Source: a virus
Lineage: Duplodnaviria; Heunggongvirae; Uroviricota; Caudoviricetes
Reading direction: 5' to 3' (one strand)
Virus record (IMG/VR): IMGVR_UViG_3300043438_000976
Coordinates: 36,027-100,026 of that record
DNA: 64,000 nt
In this document: positions 21,667 through 31,245 of the stretch, piece after piece
How positions within the stretch are numbered: the first letter of the stretch is position 1
How the letters are laid out: the number at the start of each line of letters is the position of its first letter
The notes under the pieces: model-generated
Seen by the model: the letters and a program-made list of their open reading frames with translations, nothing else
Database searches by the model: none
What the model was told of the DNA's origin: nothing
Made by a program: the position numbers and the translations under genes

Positions 21667-21941
21667 GAGTCGGTAATACCAGTTTTGTCCAAATATTCAC
21701 TATATTTCAGCAGAAACATGGTGCGTTTTGGCTCGTTGTAAAAATCCAAGTGTATAGATTCTTTCAGGTATTTGTGTCCAAAATCTGAATCCGTTTTCCA
21801 TACTGCATGTCTCCTAACAGTAAATCCTAAAACAGACTTCATCTTATCTCGAATAAGCATTACACTGGGAGGGGTATCTTTAGTCAGTTGAGAATGCAGA
21901 CGGAGCCATTGCTCCAAATTTAATACAATTGGTTTGCTCAT
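21663..21941 (-). CDS. Small hypothetical protein (F.....F.LK[WYF] family)
   Basis: Ends LDFYNEPKRTMFLLKYS. Confidence 0.65.
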   Translation of the reverse strand: MSKPIVLNLEQWLRLHSQLTKDTPPSVMLIRDKMKSVLGFTVRRHAVWKTDSDFGHKYLKESIHLDFYNEPKRTMFLLKYSEYLDKTGITDS

Positions 21942-22477
21942 TAGAATTCATCATTTTGGTCCACGACTATCCAACCAAGTCGTTTTAGGTCTTCTCGAAT
22001 CTCATCAGTAACTACCTTTTCCGGAACATATCCGTTTGGGAACTTGATGTTTATTTCTGGATCATAATTGCCGTCGTTTCGAATACCCGAACAATACCAA
22101 TCGATGTAGTCGCCCTCTTGACGCATATCTGCAATAATGCCCCCAGCCGATCTCCAACTGGCACTCCAAGTTTTTTCAGTTAGGATAGGAATGACTGCTA
22201 ACTTTTGGAAATCGTTGTTGCAGATTGCGGCATAAAGATTTTGGGCATATGATTTGTTAGCACGAACTTTTGCCAAAATCCAATCAGTGGTTACTAGATC
22301 GTATTCCATGTTATCAATCTTGGACTCTGGAGTTTGCCATTTTAGATCAGCTTCTTCTAAAATCTTTTGAAACATGTCCAAGTAGTCTTGACTAGGTTCT
22401 TCGCCTTTTTCTTTCATACGTTCGACATATCCTTCTTTTTGAAAGGTATGTCGGTCTGGACTTTTACTAGGTTTCAT
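21941..22477 (-). CDS. Hypothetical protein
   Basis: 178-aa coupled ORF. Confidence 0.7.
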   Translation of the reverse strand: MKPSKSPDRHTFQKEGYVERMKEKGEEPSQDYLDMFQKILEEADLKWQTPESKIDNMEYDLVTTDWILAKVRANKSYAQNLYAAICNNDFQKLAVIPILTEKTWSASWRSAGGIIADMRQEGDYIDWYCSGIRNDGNYDPEINIKFPNGYVPEKVVTDEIREDLKRLGWIVVDQNDEF

Positions 22478-22665
22478 ATAGTTACTTGTTTTGAATCTGA
22501 ACGAATCTTACGGCACTCTTCTTTAACCGCAATCGGGTAATCGGGATGAAACTCTGCAATTTCGCAGTTATAATAATGCACTCTAGGCAACCTATTATTG
22601 ACTAAAATCAATATAGGAATGCTTAGAACTATTGCAATAGTTATTATTCTTAGGATCATGTCCAA
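22474..22665 (-). CDS. Small membrane-anchored protein
   Basis: N-terminal hydrophobic helix and a C..AEFHPDYP..V...C motif. Confidence 0.6.
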   Translation of the reverse strand: MDMILRIITIAIVLSIPILILVNNRLPRVHYYNCEIAEFHPDYPIAVKEECRKIRSDSKQVTI

Positions 22666-23492
22666 AGACTGTCACGTGCCTTGATCAAACGGATCATCAT
22701 GGCTTCGTCTTCAGCCGTATAGTCAGCTTCGATCTTTTGCAGTAGTTCATGTGAACGTGTGCTGAGTTCTTCAAGTTCGGGAGTCTTCTTGCTGCCAAAG
22801 AGTCTGCCATCGTTAAGTAACCGAGACTTTTCGCAGTATTCTGTCCAGCCACTTACATCGTAGGGGTCAGGACGATTGCGATAGGTTACAGTCCACCAAA
22901 CATAAAGCTCTTTAAGCTCTTTGGCACGGATAGCTTGTCCAGTGGGCTTGCCAAAGTTTAGATTGTCTTCTTCCACACCCCAGTCTGAGCCCATGGTCAA
23001 TGTCATGGCCCAGTCAAGGTGATCAAGGCCAGCTTGGGGACAACGCCAAGTTCTCCAACGCCACCAACCACTTGCATAGAATGGAGGATTGTATTTGGCA
23101 CGAGCTTCTTTGTCGCCCCAAGCAATATGACTCCACGCTGATTCTATCTCAACAAAATCAACCAGCTCATTGAATAGGCAAGGCAGAAAGCGGTTCCCCA
23201 CGTCTTGCCACTGGCCAGGCTTAATATCCCGGGGATGAGCGGTAAGACTATGAGTCCGACTAACCCAACGGTTGTTAATGTAGTACTTGATAGCATGTAG
23301 TTTGTCCGGAATAAAATAAACAATTTTTTGTAAGTAATCTAAACCTTCTTCTGCTAACCAGTAGCGGAAGTTGTGTCGCATTTGTGCAGTAGTAGTCCAT
23401 TCGTCCCATTCTTCTGATGTGCCAGCCTTGAGTTTGGCTGTGCCGCGGATCCAATCCGCAAACTTTGAGCATGTCCAATAGTGATTACGCAT
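22656..23492 (-). CDS. Hypothetical Trp-rich protein
   Basis: 278-aa coupled ORF. Confidence 0.75.
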   Translation of the reverse strand: MRNHYWTCSKFADWIRGTAKLKAGTSEEWDEWTTTAQMRHNFRYWLAEEGLDYLQKIVYFIPDKLHAIKYYINNRWVSRTHSLTAHPRDIKPGQWQDVGNRFLPCLFNELVDFVEIESAWSHIAWGDKEARAKYNPPFYASGWWRWRTWRCPQAGLDHLDWAMTLTMGSDWGVEEDNLNFGKPTGQAIRAKELKELYVWWTVTYRNRPDPYDVSGWTEYCEKSRLLNDGRLFGSKKTPELEELSTRSHELLQKIEADYTAEDEAMMIRLIKARDSLWT

Positions 23493-23796
23493 TTACTTTT
23501 CCAAACTTTAAATAAAATTCTGACAGTTTTTTCTTTTCTAACTCAGCTATTATAGCATATTCGTGTCCCATTGTCAAGTGACTAATGTTCCTATGCCATT
23601 CTGGTTTATCTATAGCGTGTTCCATTACATATTGTCCAGCTTCGCTTTTTTCCCATTCCCATAATGGCTGAGCCGCATACAAGTCTGGGTCGTCAACATC
23701 ACCCATCATAAATCGGTGTACTACTACTTTATGTATTTCTACTACTCGGCTAGTACCGTTTTCTTCAATAACTTGACATCTTACTGACATGACCAT
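23485..23796 (-). CDS. Small hypothetical protein
   Basis: DDPDLYAAQPLWEW motif; ends FYLKFG. Confidence 0.65.
   Translation of the reverse strand: MVMSVRCQVIEENGTSRVVEIHKVVVHRFMMGDVDDPDLYAAQPLWEWEKSEAGQYVMEHAIDKPEWHRNISHLTMGHEYAIIAELEKKKLSEFYLKFGKVNA
23549..23577 (-). promoter_or_regulatory. Sigma70-type promoter embedded in a CDS
   Basis: Perfect TTGACA-17-TATAAT within 23485-23796, upstream of the ATG at 23492. Confidence 0.8.
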
Positions 23797-24128
23797 TTTA
23801 AATTGAATATGGTTAAAAATTTATCGGCGTCTTCACGTTTCCAAAACTTCCATTCTTGATAACTAAGGCGATTAACTAACTTCCAATCTTTTAGTTGAGT
23901 AGCAGACCATTCGCATCTTGTATCTAAATTGCCGTAATCTGCTGTGTAATAAAGATACTGTTCGTCATCAGATACGTGTTCCCAATCTTCTTCGATTCGC
24001 ACACGCCATGCTAGATTAACTTTACGCAATACTAGTCTAATCTTAGGTGCGTGTTCTGACATATACTTAAGGTCTTGATAATTGGGCTCTAATTGCTCAA
24101 GGACACCAATCCAGGGATCACTATTCAT
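23781..24128 (-). CDS. Small hypothetical protein (F.....F.LKW family)
   Basis: Ends FWKREDADKFLTIFNLKWS. Confidence 0.65.
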   Translation of the reverse strand: MNSDPWIGVLEQLEPNYQDLKYMSEHAPKIRLVLRKVNLAWRVRIEEDWEHVSDDEQYLYYTADYGNLDTRCEWSATQLKDWKLVNRLSYQEWKFWKREDADKFLTIFNLKWSCQ

Positions 24129-24610
24129 TATTTTTTCTTTTTAAAGTATCTACGCTTAGGTTTATCTGTTTTTAAATTTAGAGGTTGGTGCTCAGTGTCT
24201 TTTAAACTCTTATCAAGTGCTGCATGAATTTCTTCAATAGTTGGACCTTCGTCATTTCTAGCAAGCTCACTATTAATTTCATTGGCAATATCTTCAAGAG
24301 GATTTGGTCCATCTACTGGCATCTTAATGCCTACTTTATTCAAGTATCGTTGATTCTTTAGGATATCAGTTTTACTATTCCTAAACAAATTAATGGGACC
24401 TCTAGCATCAGGACTAATCTGATCGTAATCTCTAACTTCGTAAACGTCGTCAATTCCTGTTTTAAGTTCGATAATGTATAGTTCACGATCGGAACTATGT
24501 CCTTCTTTTAAATGTACTAGGTCAATAATTTCCACCACTCTACCTTCTACAAGTTTACGTTCACCTAAATGAATCCAAACTCTGTCTTTAATGTTATATT
24601 CTTTTTTCAT
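24128..24610 (-). CDS. Hypothetical protein with SH3-like N-terminus and basic tail
   Basis: YNIKDRVWI...VEGRVVEII pattern; ends PKRRYFKKKK. Confidence 0.6.
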   Translation of the reverse strand: MKKEYNIKDRVWIHLGERKLVEGRVVEIIDLVHLKEGHSSDRELYIIELKTGIDDVYEVRDYDQISPDARGPINLFRNSKTDILKNQRYLNKVGIKMPVDGPNPLEDIANEINSELARNDEGPTIEEIHAALDKSLKDTEHQPLNLKTDKPKRRYFKKKK

Positions 24611-24963
24611 ACTATTAGTACTGCTACAATTACTAGGTAAACTAGTTGGTGGGCCATTTGGTCAAGTCCTAGATGATTCCAGAACTGAGGAGTGGTGATG
24701 TCTCTATTGCCTTTATTCATTTTAGTCCAGTCAATATGATAATGCAATACGAAATCAATAAACCCCAATAAGATTGCCCAACTTACTGGAGTGAATAAGA
24801 ACAAGATAGCCGCAGTAGCAACTCCGTGTTTAAGACTATGCTTAACACCTAACCAATTAAGGTAAATTCCTTTGTGCTGTACTTCTTCAGTTGTTTGGTT
24901 AACAAAGTCGATGTACCAATGCTTGATCTGTAACAATGCCAATATGATTAATACTTCGATCAT
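24607..24963 (-). CDS. DUF3307-like membrane protein
   Basis: KHWYIDF..Q, HSLKHG, HYHID, GLDQMAH. Confidence 0.75.
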   Translation of the reverse strand: MIEVLIILALLQIKHWYIDFVNQTTEEVQHKGIYLNWLGVKHSLKHGVATAAILFLFTPVSWAILLGFIDFVLHYHIDWTKMNKGNRDITTPQFWNHLGLDQMAHQLVYLVIVAVLIV

Positions 24964-25964
24964 GAATTACTCGCTAGTTCTTTGTAAAGGTCACTTGAAT
25001 ACCATTGAATAGCATCTTCTATAATTTTTTTAGCACTACTCATTTTTGGCTCCCAATCGAGAATGCTTTTTGCCTTGGCAATGTCTGCATAATTCATAGG
25101 GATATCGCCGGGCCTTCTTGGCGTTATGTTAACAGTGATTGCTTGGTCTTTTTGGTCTTGGTATTCGATTAACATCTCTAAGACACTCTTGCCGGACCCT
25201 GCACCTATGTTAACTGCATCAGTTTTTCCGCCTGCATCAAGATACTGCAATGCTTTTAAATGTGCATCTGCAATGTCCCATATGTGAGTAAAGTCACGAA
25301 CAGCACTACCATCCTTTGTAGGATAGTCTACTCCGTAAATATCAAACGCATCCTTTTTTCCGTCGTATACATTTTGTATGCTAGGAATCAAATGCGTGGG
25401 TCTGTTACGAAATTCTCCGATCGTACCATCCGGACTAGCACCGCTGGCATTAAAATATCGTAAGCTAACTGACCTAATATTATGTGCTATGTCTACATCT
25501 CGTAGCATACATTCAACAGCCCATTTACTTGAGCCGTAACTAGTAACTGGAGTTTTAGCATGATCTTCTTTAGTAGGAAGATTATTGATATTGACCTCTC
25601 CGTAGACACTACTTGTAGAACTAAAAATAACTTTGGTTACGTTATGTTTTGCACAGGCTCGCAACAACTCGGCTGTTCCGCCTACATTGTTTTGATAGTA
25701 TCTTAATGGATCAGTAACACTCGCACCAACTTCGCTACTAGCGGCAAGGTGTATAACTGCATCAAATTGCCACTGTTCAAATAACAAGTCTAATGACCAT
25801 TTGTTGTTTATGTCTCCGCAAACAGCAGGCCAATGGGGACTTGCCCACGGCCTTGCTTTGGCCTGCATGTCAAATACAACAGGAAAATACCCATGCTCGA
25901 AAAGCATTTTTGCAACATGACTACCTACGTAGCCACTACCGCCAGTGACTAAAATAACTTTCAC
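24960..25964 (-). CDS. galE: UDP-glucose 4-epimerase
   Basis: TGGSGYVGSH, FSSTSSVYG, YGSSK, LRYFNASG, RDFTH, RRPGD. Confidence 0.9.
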   Translation of the reverse strand: MKVILVTGGSGYVGSHVAKMLFEHGYFPVVFDMQAKARPWASPHWPAVCGDINNKWSLDLLFEQWQFDAVIHLAASSEVGASVTDPLRYYQNNVGGTAELLRACAKHNVTKVIFSSTSSVYGEVNINNLPTKEDHAKTPVTSYGSSKWAVECMLRDVDIAHNIRSVSLRYFNASGASPDGTIGEFRNRPTHLIPSIQNVYDGKKDAFDIYGVDYPTKDGSAVRDFTHIWDIADAHLKALQYLDAGGKTDAVNIGAGSGKSVLEMLIEYQDQKDQAITVNITPRRPGDIPMNYADIAKAKSILDWEPKMSSAKKIIEDAIQWYSSDLYKELASNS

Positions 25965-26119
25965 TTTACGTTGGCTACCTTAGTTTCTAACAATTCTTTG
26001 ATGAATTTCAAAGCCTTGCGGTCAGTATCGTATACAAACTCTTTTTCGTTGTTCTCGTCATCTCTGATTAGAATAACAATACCGTTCTCGACTTTTCTCA
26101 ATTCAATACTTTCGAACAT
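25961..26119 (-). CDS. Small hypothetical protein (52 aa, not in ORF track)
   Basis: MFESIELRKVENGIVILIRDDENNEKEFVYDTDRKALKFIKELLETKVANVK; fills the gap and overlaps the galE start. Confidence 0.65.
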   Translation of the reverse strand: MFESIELRKVENGIVILIRDDENNEKEFVYDTDRKALKFIKELLETKVANVK

Positions 26120-26131
26120 GGTGATCTTTCT

Positions 26132-26830
26132 TTATTTAGGCACACTTAGGTTATAGTTGAAGTGGAATATGCCGATGTGGCTTATTTCACGACTCAACTC
26201 TTGATCACACCAAACTTCATAACCTGCCTTCTGTGCCTGTTGACAGAAATAGATATCTTCACCGATCTCAAGATTGAGCTCAGGAATATATTCTTGCAAG
26301 TAGTGAGGTTGAGGGATTTTTTCATAAACTGAACGATGTACTAATACACATCCGTGCGGTAGGACATCAATCAATTCCATTGGAGGGCTATCATCTCTAG
26401 TTTCAAATTCACGGAACTGACCATTAGACCCTAGCATACCTGTAAAGTTAGCATTAGGGAAACGGCGTCGACGATAGTTTACCCCGACAATTGGTTTGTT
26501 TCTCTTGAGCAAACGAATAGGTGCATCAATAGGAAACTTCATATCTGAGTCAACCCACCAAATATAATCGAAGTCGCTCTTGAGAAAGATATCAGTTAAG
26601 TTACGGCGAGCAATAGTAATAACTGAACCAATGTTGAATGCACAGTTAATCTTAATTCCGTTGGCAACAAGATTAGCTGCCGCCATTGCTAAGTGCTGTG
26701 CAAATTCAGCATTGACCATTTCCATTGCTGGAACAGCGATCATAATGCTAGGTGCTCTACCTTGTTGTGCCGGTGCAGCCGCAGGTGCTGCCTGTGCCGG
26801 CTTAACATTGAACTTGGGTTTGTTTTTCAT
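26132..26830 (-). CDS. GT-A fold (family 2-like) glycosyltransferase
   Basis: IARRNL, WWVDSDM (DxD), GEDIYFC. Confidence 0.75.
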   Translation of the reverse strand: MKNKPKFNVKPAQAAPAAAPAQQGRAPSIMIAVPAMEMVNAEFAQHLAMAAANLVANGIKINCAFNIGSVITIARRNLTDIFLKSDFDYIWWVDSDMKFPIDAPIRLLKRNKPIVGVNYRRRRFPNANFTGMLGSNGQFREFETRDDSPPMELIDVLPHGCVLVHRSVYEKIPQPHYLQEYIPELNLEIGEDIYFCQQAQKAGYEVWCDQELSREISHIGIFHFNYNLSVPK

Positions 26831-26891
26831 GGGATCCTTTGTTTTATTCTTTTAATTATCTAAGATCAAGCACCTGCTATTACGTTCTTGA

Positions 26892-27488
26892 TTATCGACG
26901 TGCTTGATCTAAAACTTCAGTAGCAGTTTGATCTAGCGTTTTGCCGCCAACCCTACCTTCAAGTTTTACCTGCTTGTTTTGATCATAAGTAGCTGCCATG
27001 GCCTTAACATCTTGTTGACTAATTTTTAGCATAACAAATACTCTGAAGTTATTTGCTTCTGGATTAAAGATGACCATCTTCTTTTCAACGCCGTAAGTAC
27101 GTACTACACTTTCGGCGATCAAATTTACAATTACATCTTGGCTCTGAGCCCGACCTGATGGACGATCTGGGGAACCGGATTCGTCGTATCGAATAATTGT
27201 ACGATTATTCATTTCACCGTTAACTCGATCTGCAATTTTTGCTTTTGCCTTAAGTGTAGCTTTCTTCATGGCCATTTCCATTGAAGGACTTACATCTTCG
27301 GCTACTGCATAATACATACCGTTTTGATCCCACGGCTTATACCATGCTTTCATTTCCGATCCTACATCAACATGATCGATATACCAAGTAGGTACAGTCT
27401 TTTTCTCTAAATTCTCAGTCCTCAGTTCTGTCATAGACGAACATGCAGACAACGCTAGTACTGCTAGAACAATTGAAATACGCTTCAT
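26892..27488 (-). CDS. Lipoprotein (LPP20-like)
   Basis: LSACS lipobox; A..KA.LKAKAKIA..V helix. Confidence 0.7.
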   Translation of the reverse strand: MKRISIVLAVLALSACSSMTELRTENLEKKTVPTWYIDHVDVGSEMKAWYKPWDQNGMYYAVAEDVSPSMEMAMKKATLKAKAKIADRVNGEMNNRTIIRYDESGSPDRPSGRAQSQDVIVNLIAESVVRTYGVEKKMVIFNPEANNFRVFVMLKISQQDVKAMAATYDQNKQVKLEGRVGGKTLDQTATEVLDQARR

Positions 27489-27613
27489 TTTACATTCTCC
27501 TGAATGATAATTTTAGTTTGATCGACACCTCTGTCGATAATTTTTGCAATGCCAGATGCTCCAGCAGTGGCTAGGATAATTCCAAAGATTGTTCCTACAA
27601 TAAAGTTTGTCAT
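27485..27613 (-). CDS. Small membrane peptide (42 aa, not in ORF track)
   Basis: MTNFIVGTIFGIILATAGASGIAKIIDRGVDQTKIIIQENVK; ATGA overlap with the next gene. Confidence 0.6.
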   Translation of the reverse strand: MTNFIVGTIFGIILATAGASGIAKIIDRGVDQTKIIIQENVK

Positions 27614-27633
27614 AACTACTCTTTCTGTGTGTG

Positions 27634-28212
27634 TTAAAATTTATCAACTATGATCCATTTTGTAGGACCATATCTGCAAACAATTCCTTGAAACTGTGTA
27701 ATGTCCTTGCCATTCCAGCCAGTTTCGAGATACCATCTACATTCTTCTCCGTTGTGGTAAAATGCATTGGGATAATTTATATGGGCTCGTAATCTACGAA
27801 CATCATCTATAATTGTTCCAATCTTAGGATTTAAAAGAGGTCTATCTTTTTCTTCCTGCTCTTTACAAACTACGAACGTCTCACTTGTTATTGTACTTGA
27901 ATATAAGCCTGTGAGCAAATTTTTCTTTGCCAATTCAGTTGCGGCACCACAGGCTTTGGCATGACTATAGTCACCTGACCAAATAAATTCACCTTTACCT
28001 TGATGCCACTTCCCGCCAGTATAGCCCTCTAGACTAGCTGTGCATTTGTATTGTCCTTTGCCAAACGGATTAACTTCGGCTACTACATTTTTAATTTCAT
28101 GTATCCGTCCGATTTCTTTTGATGTTGTTCGCTCTTTCATAATGCAATCTTGTGCGATCGCAGAATTAGTAAAGAGTACAGCAGTTAGTAAGATTTGTGT
28201 CGAAAGTTGCAT
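27634..28212 (-). CDS. Secreted Cys-containing hypothetical protein
   Basis: Signal-peptide-like N-terminus and six Cys residues. Confidence 0.65.
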   Translation of the reverse strand: MQLSTQILLTAVLFTNSAIAQDCIMKERTTSKEIGRIHEIKNVVAEVNPFGKGQYKCTASLEGYTGGKWHQGKGEFIWSGDYSHAKACGAATELAKKNLLTGLYSSTITSETFVVCKEQEEKDRPLLNPKIGTIIDDVRRLRAHINYPNAFYHNGEECRWYLETGWNGKDITQFQGIVCRYGPTKWIIVDKF

Positions 28213-28565
28213 CTGTAGTAAATCTCATCAATGTTTGCGTCAATCAAATAATCTATACGACCGTTTGCAATCTCTTTGTTTTTGGCAAACTCTTTAGAAA
28301 ACCCACCCCAAGAGGTTACCTCAAGATAAGCGTCTCGACGCTCATGTAGAGTTGGCCGAATACTGCGTAACCATTCAACCTGTTCTTTGGCAATGGTGCA
28401 ATCTGGTTTAAAACTACCTAGAGTATGCGACGACGGCAGAATACGTTGCGTAGTGCTTGCACACCCTACTAGACTAGCGGCCGTTGCAATCAGTACGAAT
28501 TTGCCAAATTTTGTGCTTAATAGCGTTAATGCTGGCACCATTTGTTTTTGCATCTTTCTCTGCAA
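28185..28565 (-). CDS. Putative lipoprotein (start uncertain)
   Basis: LVGCAS lipobox; DC...KEQVEWL similar to the neighbouring DC..KNRINGWL. Confidence 0.55.
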   Translation of the reverse strand: MQRKMQKQMVPALTLLSTKFGKFVLIATAASLVGCASTTQRILPSSHTLGSFKPDCTIAKEQVEWLRSIRPTLHERRDAYLEVTSWGGFSKEFAKNKEIANGRIDYLIDANIDEIYYRCNFRHKSY

Positions 28566-28716
28566 ATTGCAGTTGTTCAGTTAACCATCCGTTGATTCGA
28601 TTTTTATTCCAGCAATCAATTGGAATATTGCTAACTTCCGTAGGAGTTAGAATTCTATAGCTGGTAGTAGAACAGCCAGCTAACAAAATGATCACTAAAG
28701 AAAAAACCTTAAACAT
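28474..28716 (-). CDS. Putative lipoprotein
   Basis: MFKVFSLVIILLAGCS lipobox, directly after a sigma70 promoter. Confidence 0.7.
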   Translation of the reverse strand: MFKVFSLVIILLAGCSTTSYRILTPTEVSNIPIDCWNKNRINGWLTEQLQFAEKDAKTNGASINAIKHKIWQIRTDCNGR

Positions 28717-28722
28717 GTGTAT

Positions 28723-28751
28723 ATAATACAGCACATTTAAGGTTTTGTCAA
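28723..28751 (-). promoter_or_regulatory. Sigma70-type promoter
   Basis: TTGACA-17-TATTAT. Confidence 0.8.
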
Positions 28752-28767
28752 GTATCGACTTTACCAA

Positions 28768-29493
28768 TTATCTGTTTAAGCGATCTAAACTTTTATAAAC
28801 TTTTTTGATTAATTTACGTAAAACTGGATGATTTACATCTTTGGAAAATGCGTTAACATATGCCCAAAGATTAATACTGTCTTCAATTGCAATGTCTTTA
28901 ACTTTGTTTAATTTTTCAATTACTTGTGGATAACTATTTCTATCTAACAATTCGTTGGCAATGTTATATGCATAGGCATTAATCTCATCTGGGCTACTTA
29001 GGTACCAGCGATTTTCTTCTGCTTCGTCGTATTCGTCATCGCCTTCTTCGTAGGCTGTTTCAAAGTCCCATTTTTCAACTTCTAAGAAATCTCTTGCACG
29101 GAATTGCTGCATATGGATAACTTCATGACTTAAGGTATCTGCAATTTTTCTTGTGATAATATCGAATTGAGTTTCGTCAATTAACATGACGTCCTGCATT
29201 GGGTTAGTAACTAGGTATATCTCAATAGCAACATCGCCGGCTTCATCTAAGCCGCCATCGTAGTATCCATTGAGTTCAATGTCATTTTGATCCACTTGGG
29301 TAGCTTCTGCATGTTTAACATCGATATTAAAACGCTTTCCAATGAATACTCCGAGGTCTTGAATTAGTTCATCAACTGCATAAAATTGGTTAACTATTGT
29401 AGGTTTAATATCATTAAATATTTCAAGGACTTCTTTTCTTGTTGGGACTACTACTTTTTTATCTAACTTTGGGCAGCAGTTGAATTTTTTCAT
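28768..29493 (-). CDS. HExxH zinc metallopeptidase-like protein
   Basis: SHEVIHMQQ...Y...PDEINAYA. Confidence 0.65.
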   Translation of the reverse strand: MKKFNCCPKLDKKVVVPTRKEVLEIFNDIKPTIVNQFYAVDELIQDLGVFIGKRFNIDVKHAEATQVDQNDIELNGYYDGGLDEAGDVAIEIYLVTNPMQDVMLIDETQFDIITRKIADTLSHEVIHMQQFRARDFLEVEKWDFETAYEEGDDEYDEAEENRWYLSSPDEINAYAYNIANELLDRNSYPQVIEKLNKVKDIAIEDSINLWAYVNAFSKDVNHPVLRKLIKKVYKSLDRLNR

Positions 29494-29507
29494 TTTTGTT
29501 CTTTTAC

Positions 29508-30245
29508 TCACTTTTTTAACCAATCAGATGTTTTATAAGGCTTTGCTATTTCCTGGGCATTAGGAATATAATTCATTACCTTCTTTTTTAATTTACGGAT
29601 TACTCTGTGACTGTGATTGTGATCAAATGTATCTAGATACATTCTGAAGCCGTCCTTTTTTAATCTCCTATCACGGAGATCAGTGTTTAGATAATTTACT
29701 ATAGATGTTTTATCTTCCCCAAATCTGTCAAGCAGCTGACACGCGATGTTAAAGCTGTATGCATCAATCTCGTCCCCATTTCCTAGATACACTTGTTCGT
29801 TGCGTTTTCTTGCCAAATTAGCAGAACTTTCATATCCGGGAATGTCTTTATAACCTCGTCTACGATATTGTCGCATATGAATAACTTCGTGCATTACTGT
29901 GTCTGCTATTGCTATACAGACTCTGCGAAATAAATTTTTATTTGCTTTGATAATTACGTCGGAGGAATGATATTGGATACAAAGCGTGATGGACGTTTTG
30001 CCCTCTTGATCTAACACACTGTCGTATAATCCACCTACCCATACAGAATTTTTTTCTGTTTTAGTATTGTAGCAGGATCTAACCTTGACAGGTATTTTAA
30101 AAAATCTTAAGATTTCTCGTAGTTTGTTAGAAAAGCTAGTCGGAGATAAGGATTTATCCACAACATTGTAGCTTATAAAATTTACCATTTCTGTTATTAG
30201 ATTTCTATCTAACGCAGACCAATCAAAAGTAGCAGCTTTAGTCAT
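29508..30245 (-). CDS. HExxH zinc metallopeptidase-like protein (paralog)
   Basis: MHEVIHMRQ...Y...GDEIDAYS. Confidence 0.65.
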   Translation of the reverse strand: MTKAATFDWSALDRNLITEMVNFISYNVVDKSLSPTSFSNKLREILRFFKIPVKVRSCYNTKTEKNSVWVGGLYDSVLDQEGKTSITLCIQYHSSDVIIKANKNLFRRVCIAIADTVMHEVIHMRQYRRRGYKDIPGYESSANLARKRNEQVYLGNGDEIDAYSFNIACQLLDRFGEDKTSIVNYLNTDLRDRRLKKDGFRMYLDTFDHNHSHRVIRKLKKKVMNYIPNAQEIAKPYKTSDWLKK

Positions 30246-30306
30246 AAACCCCTCAGCTATTTTACATAATTATTCGTAAATCAGTCCACGTTATCAGGGT
30301 AGTTAA

Positions 30307-31245
30307 TTAAGATAAAATGTTAACCCACTTGTCAATAACGTGCTTCCAATCGTAACTTTTAGCATGTTCTTGAATTTCCAAGCATCGTTGTCTGTACTTG
30401 TTAGGGTTATCTTTATAATAACTTAAAATTTCCACAGTTTTTTCTAAGAATTCGTCTTCTGCTACAGGCACAGCATATCCGCCTGCATCACCAATTCTCT
30501 GAGCCCAGTGTCCAACATTAGTACCAATTACCAGCTTGCCCGCTGCACCGCCTTCCATAACAGGTAGTCCGGCACCTTCTTCTGTACTGGCTGCAATAAC
30601 AGCATCTATGCCTTTGTAGAATCCTGGCATAGTGATAAAACTATTATGGTATTGTTGGGCAACTCTAAATTCTAATCCGGCACGTTTCACTGCTTCTTCG
30701 ACTAACCAACCACGTTTATGATACTTAGGTTGTGCTAAGTCACTCGCAACCATATCCTGTGCAAATTCTTCTTTTCTGTGGAAGCTGCCTGTATATCCTA
30801 CAACTTTTAAATTATCGTTAGGTGTACTGTAGAAGGTATTGTAATTGATTGCTACTGGCGTTAGTTCAGCCGGGCGTTCGATACCTAGCTCTTTGCTAAG
30901 ATCAACTAGCCATTGACTGACACAACCGTATCTACGGAACCGTTTAAAATCCTCATATCCGTGATGATGAATAAGTTCAGTCATGTCTAATTTAGCGTGA
31001 CTTATAATAACACATTGTTCAGGTGCAACAGTTCCGTAATTATATCCTAAGAATCTCCATCCGTGCGGGGTAGTTACAAAAATATCAGTTGTGGAATTTA
31101 ATTCCAACATTTCTTCTCGAGTGTAACTTTTATTCCAGGGTAACAGATGACAGTTAAATCCGTGTCCCCATAGATATTTGAACAGCTCGTAATGCACTGT
31201 GCCGAATGCCCAATTGGGCTCAAAGTAAAAAACTACTCTTTTCAT
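30307..31245 (-). CDS. GT-B fold (family 4-like) glycosyltransferase
   Basis: [14 protein letters not shown] (EX7E) motif. Confidence 0.8.
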   Translation of the reverse strand: MKRVVFYFEPNWAFGTVHYELFKYLWGHGFNCHLLPWNKSYTREEMLELNSTTDIFVTTPHGWRFLGYNYGTVAPEQCVIISHAKLDMTELIHHHGYEDFKRFRRYGCVSQWLVDLSKELGIERPAELTPVAINYNTFYSTPNDNLKVVGYTGSFHRKEEFAQDMVASDLAQPKYHKRGWLVEEAVKRAGLEFRVAQQYHNSFITMPGFYKGIDAVIAASTEEGAGLPVMEGGAAGKLVIGTNVGHWAQRIGDAGGYAVPVAEDEFLEKTVEILSYYKDNPNKYRQRCLEIQEHAKSYDWKHVIDKWVNILS

